DNA of 64,000 nucleotides. It comes from a virus (taxonomy: Duplodnaviria; Caudoviricetes). The notes under the pieces are model-generated. The model did not search any database. It saw only the letters and a program-made list of their open reading frames with translations, and had not been told where the DNA came from. The DNA lies in IMG/VR virus record IMGVR_UViG_3300044699_000088, positions 1,414 to 65,413 of that record. One strand, 5' to 3'. Numbering within the stretch: the stretch's first letter is position 1; each line of letters starts with the position of its first letter. The translations under genes were made by a program, and so were the position numbers. Positions 62,356-64,000 of the stretch are shown here, piece after piece.

Positions 62356-62554
62356 ATGGCCATAACGGTCTACGACAAGCGTTCCGCCGCCGAGGCGATC
62401 GACGTCAGCCCTCGGAGACTGCAAGAGCTGATGCGCTATCGAAAGATTTCATTCCGGCGCATCGGAGGGCATGTTCGTGTTTACCGAGGCCGACATCGCC
62501 GAGTACCTCGAAGCCGTCAAGGTTCCGCGGGTCGTGAAAAGGAGCGTCGTATGA
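62356..62554 (+). CDS. Excisionase-type HTH protein (frameshift ~62478)
   Basis: AAEAIDVSPRRLQELMRYRKISFRRIGG / FTEADIAEYLEA. Confidence 0.75.
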
Positions 62555-63609
62555 GCCAGGAATGCCCCGGAGAACCCAACCCAAAGATCCGCCACGACTG
62601 CAATCACGATCACCGGAGGCTATCAATGAGCGTATTCGACGAAATCACATCCGGCCTTTTCGCCCCCGTTACCACCGGCCCACTGCATGACCCCAGACGA
62701 GCAGGCAGAGAGCGACAAGAGCAACAACGAGCAAGCGCTTGTGACCATCGTCGAGCTCCGGTTGCGCCTCAAGGCCATGGAGGAGAAGAACCGCGCCCTT
62801 GAAGCCGGCCTAGTCCAGGCCGATCGGAGCATGTCTTTCGCCCGCCGACAGATTCAGGCGATGAGCACGGAGATGAAAGCTCAGGATGCGCAAATTCTGA
62901 AGCTACGGAAGGTTGAGGTTTTGCGCGAGCTGGACGTGGTGCGACTCGCGCCAGCTCGCCGAGAGGGACGAAGTGATCTGGGCTCTTGAGTACCCCGAGA
63001 GCGTTTGCGTCGAGACCTGCGCGCTCGATTACGACGGGGAGGTGCGACCGGACGTGATCACGCTCGAGAGTGCGATTGACGACCCGGCGCCACCATTCGG
63101 TCATTGCATGGTTCGCGAACGCGCTCACGGGTGGGCAGTGGAGTTTGTCAGTCTGGGGGAGGTGTAGGCGATGACCGAAAAAACAAATCGCCAACCTTCT
63201 CACCATCGAAGTCGACGCTTGCCGACGAGTCCTCGGCAACAAGGCGGATGGTCCATCGGGGATTCGTGACGGCGTGGTTCAACGCTTCGGCGGCGGACGC
63301 ACCCGAGTTGCGGCCATTCCGCGCGGAGTTCATCGAGCGCGTTTACCAGAAGGTACAGCCATGACTGAACCCGAAGTGCTGGCAATTCTTGACGGAGAGG
63401 TTGTCACCTGTCGCGCGTTCATCCATAGCGGCGGATACACGCGAAACCTTGTGGGCGCCGCATGGAATTGGTTTGGCGCCGCGGCCATCGATACGCCGGA
63501 GCTGCAGCCTTACCGCGCTAGGTTCATTGCGTCAGTGCTGGATCGTGAGGTCTATCAATAGTGGGCACGCGCAGCACGGCGCCATAAGCAGGTATTGAAG
63601 GAGAAACCG

Positions 63610-63960
63610 ATGCCACAACACAAGATCGCGTCCCGCACCCTTCCCGTCAATTTCACCGTCGATGAGTTGAATGACCTCGGTTTCCGTCTCGCGAGTAAGC
63701 ATCGAGAAATCGCCGAAACGCAAGGCCACAAGAAGCTCGTCATGGATGAGTTCAAACAAAAGATCGAAGAACTCAAACAAGAGGAACACCGGCTGGCCAC
63801 CGACAGAACGAACGGCTACCGGCTCCAAGAGGTGGCTTGCGAGATTCGCTATGACTTCCCCGCTGGTCGGAAAGAATTCGTCCCGCCACCGACACCGGAG
63901 AGATCGCGATCACTGAGCCGATCACGCCGGAGGAGCGTCAGATTGCGCTCGATGACATGA
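63610..63960 (+). CDS. Conserved hypothetical early protein (3' frame uncertain)
   Basis: AAGGAG RBS; LPVNFTVDEL..coiled coil..EVACEIRYDF. Confidence 0.55.
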   Translation: MPQHKIASRTLPVNFTVDELNDLGFRLASKHREIAETQGHKKLVMDEFKQKIEELKQEEHRLATDRTNGYRLQEVACEIRYDFPAGRKEFVPPPTPERSRSLSRSRRRSVRLRSMT

Positions 63961-64000
63961 CGCCGACGCCGGATCAGCTTAACCGCGCGTTCAACGATGG

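Larger units (their letters stand above)
950..64000. mobile_element. Temperate siphovirus-type phage genome (Mu-like head, tyrosine integrase), probably excised/circular form
   Basis: Terminase-portal-protease-capsid-tail-lysis module plus integrase, internal attP, repressor/cro/xis, recombination and replication genes; no host housekeeping genes seen. Left boundary uncertain. Confidence 0.93.

Overview
Nearly the whole window is one GC-rich temperate tailed phage (about 63 kb visible), apparently in its excised form: an attP made of the 3' part of tRNA-Leu(CAA) sits internally at ~57.9 kb with phage genes on both sides. Order: replication/early genes (DUF5131, degraded initiator + DnaC-like loader, RusA, DNA methyltransferase) > TerS/TerL > Mu-like portal, HK97-type protease/scaffold, Mu gpT-like capsid > non-contractile tail (tube, -1 frameshift chaperones, 1513-aa tape measure, tip/fibre) > lysis cassette > accessory block (HicAB, KGG-repeat proteins with palindromic operators, secreted PPC-like protein, RcsF-like lipoprotein) > rightward recombination/small-gene operon > second HicBA-like pair, SLOG gene > tyrosine integrase, attP > lysogeny module. 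The best candidate for an undescribed system is in the lysogeny module: a dual-HTH repressor is co-oriented with a ~440-aa zinc-finger/TPR protein, followed by two unannotated peptide cassettes (a secreted 55-aa propeptide ending GVVIPRP and a signal-less ~21-aa unit ending DVIIPKP). Each cassette has its own RBS, an identical 3' repeat and a hairpin. This resembles an arbitrium/RRNPP-like peptide communication switch, in a phage whose host is probably a diderm (inferred Acidobacteriota, Thermoanaerobaculia-like). Many single-base indels break otherwise conserved genes, which suggests long-read errors, so frame-dependent claims need read-level confirmation. All family assignments are by motif recognition; no database search was run.
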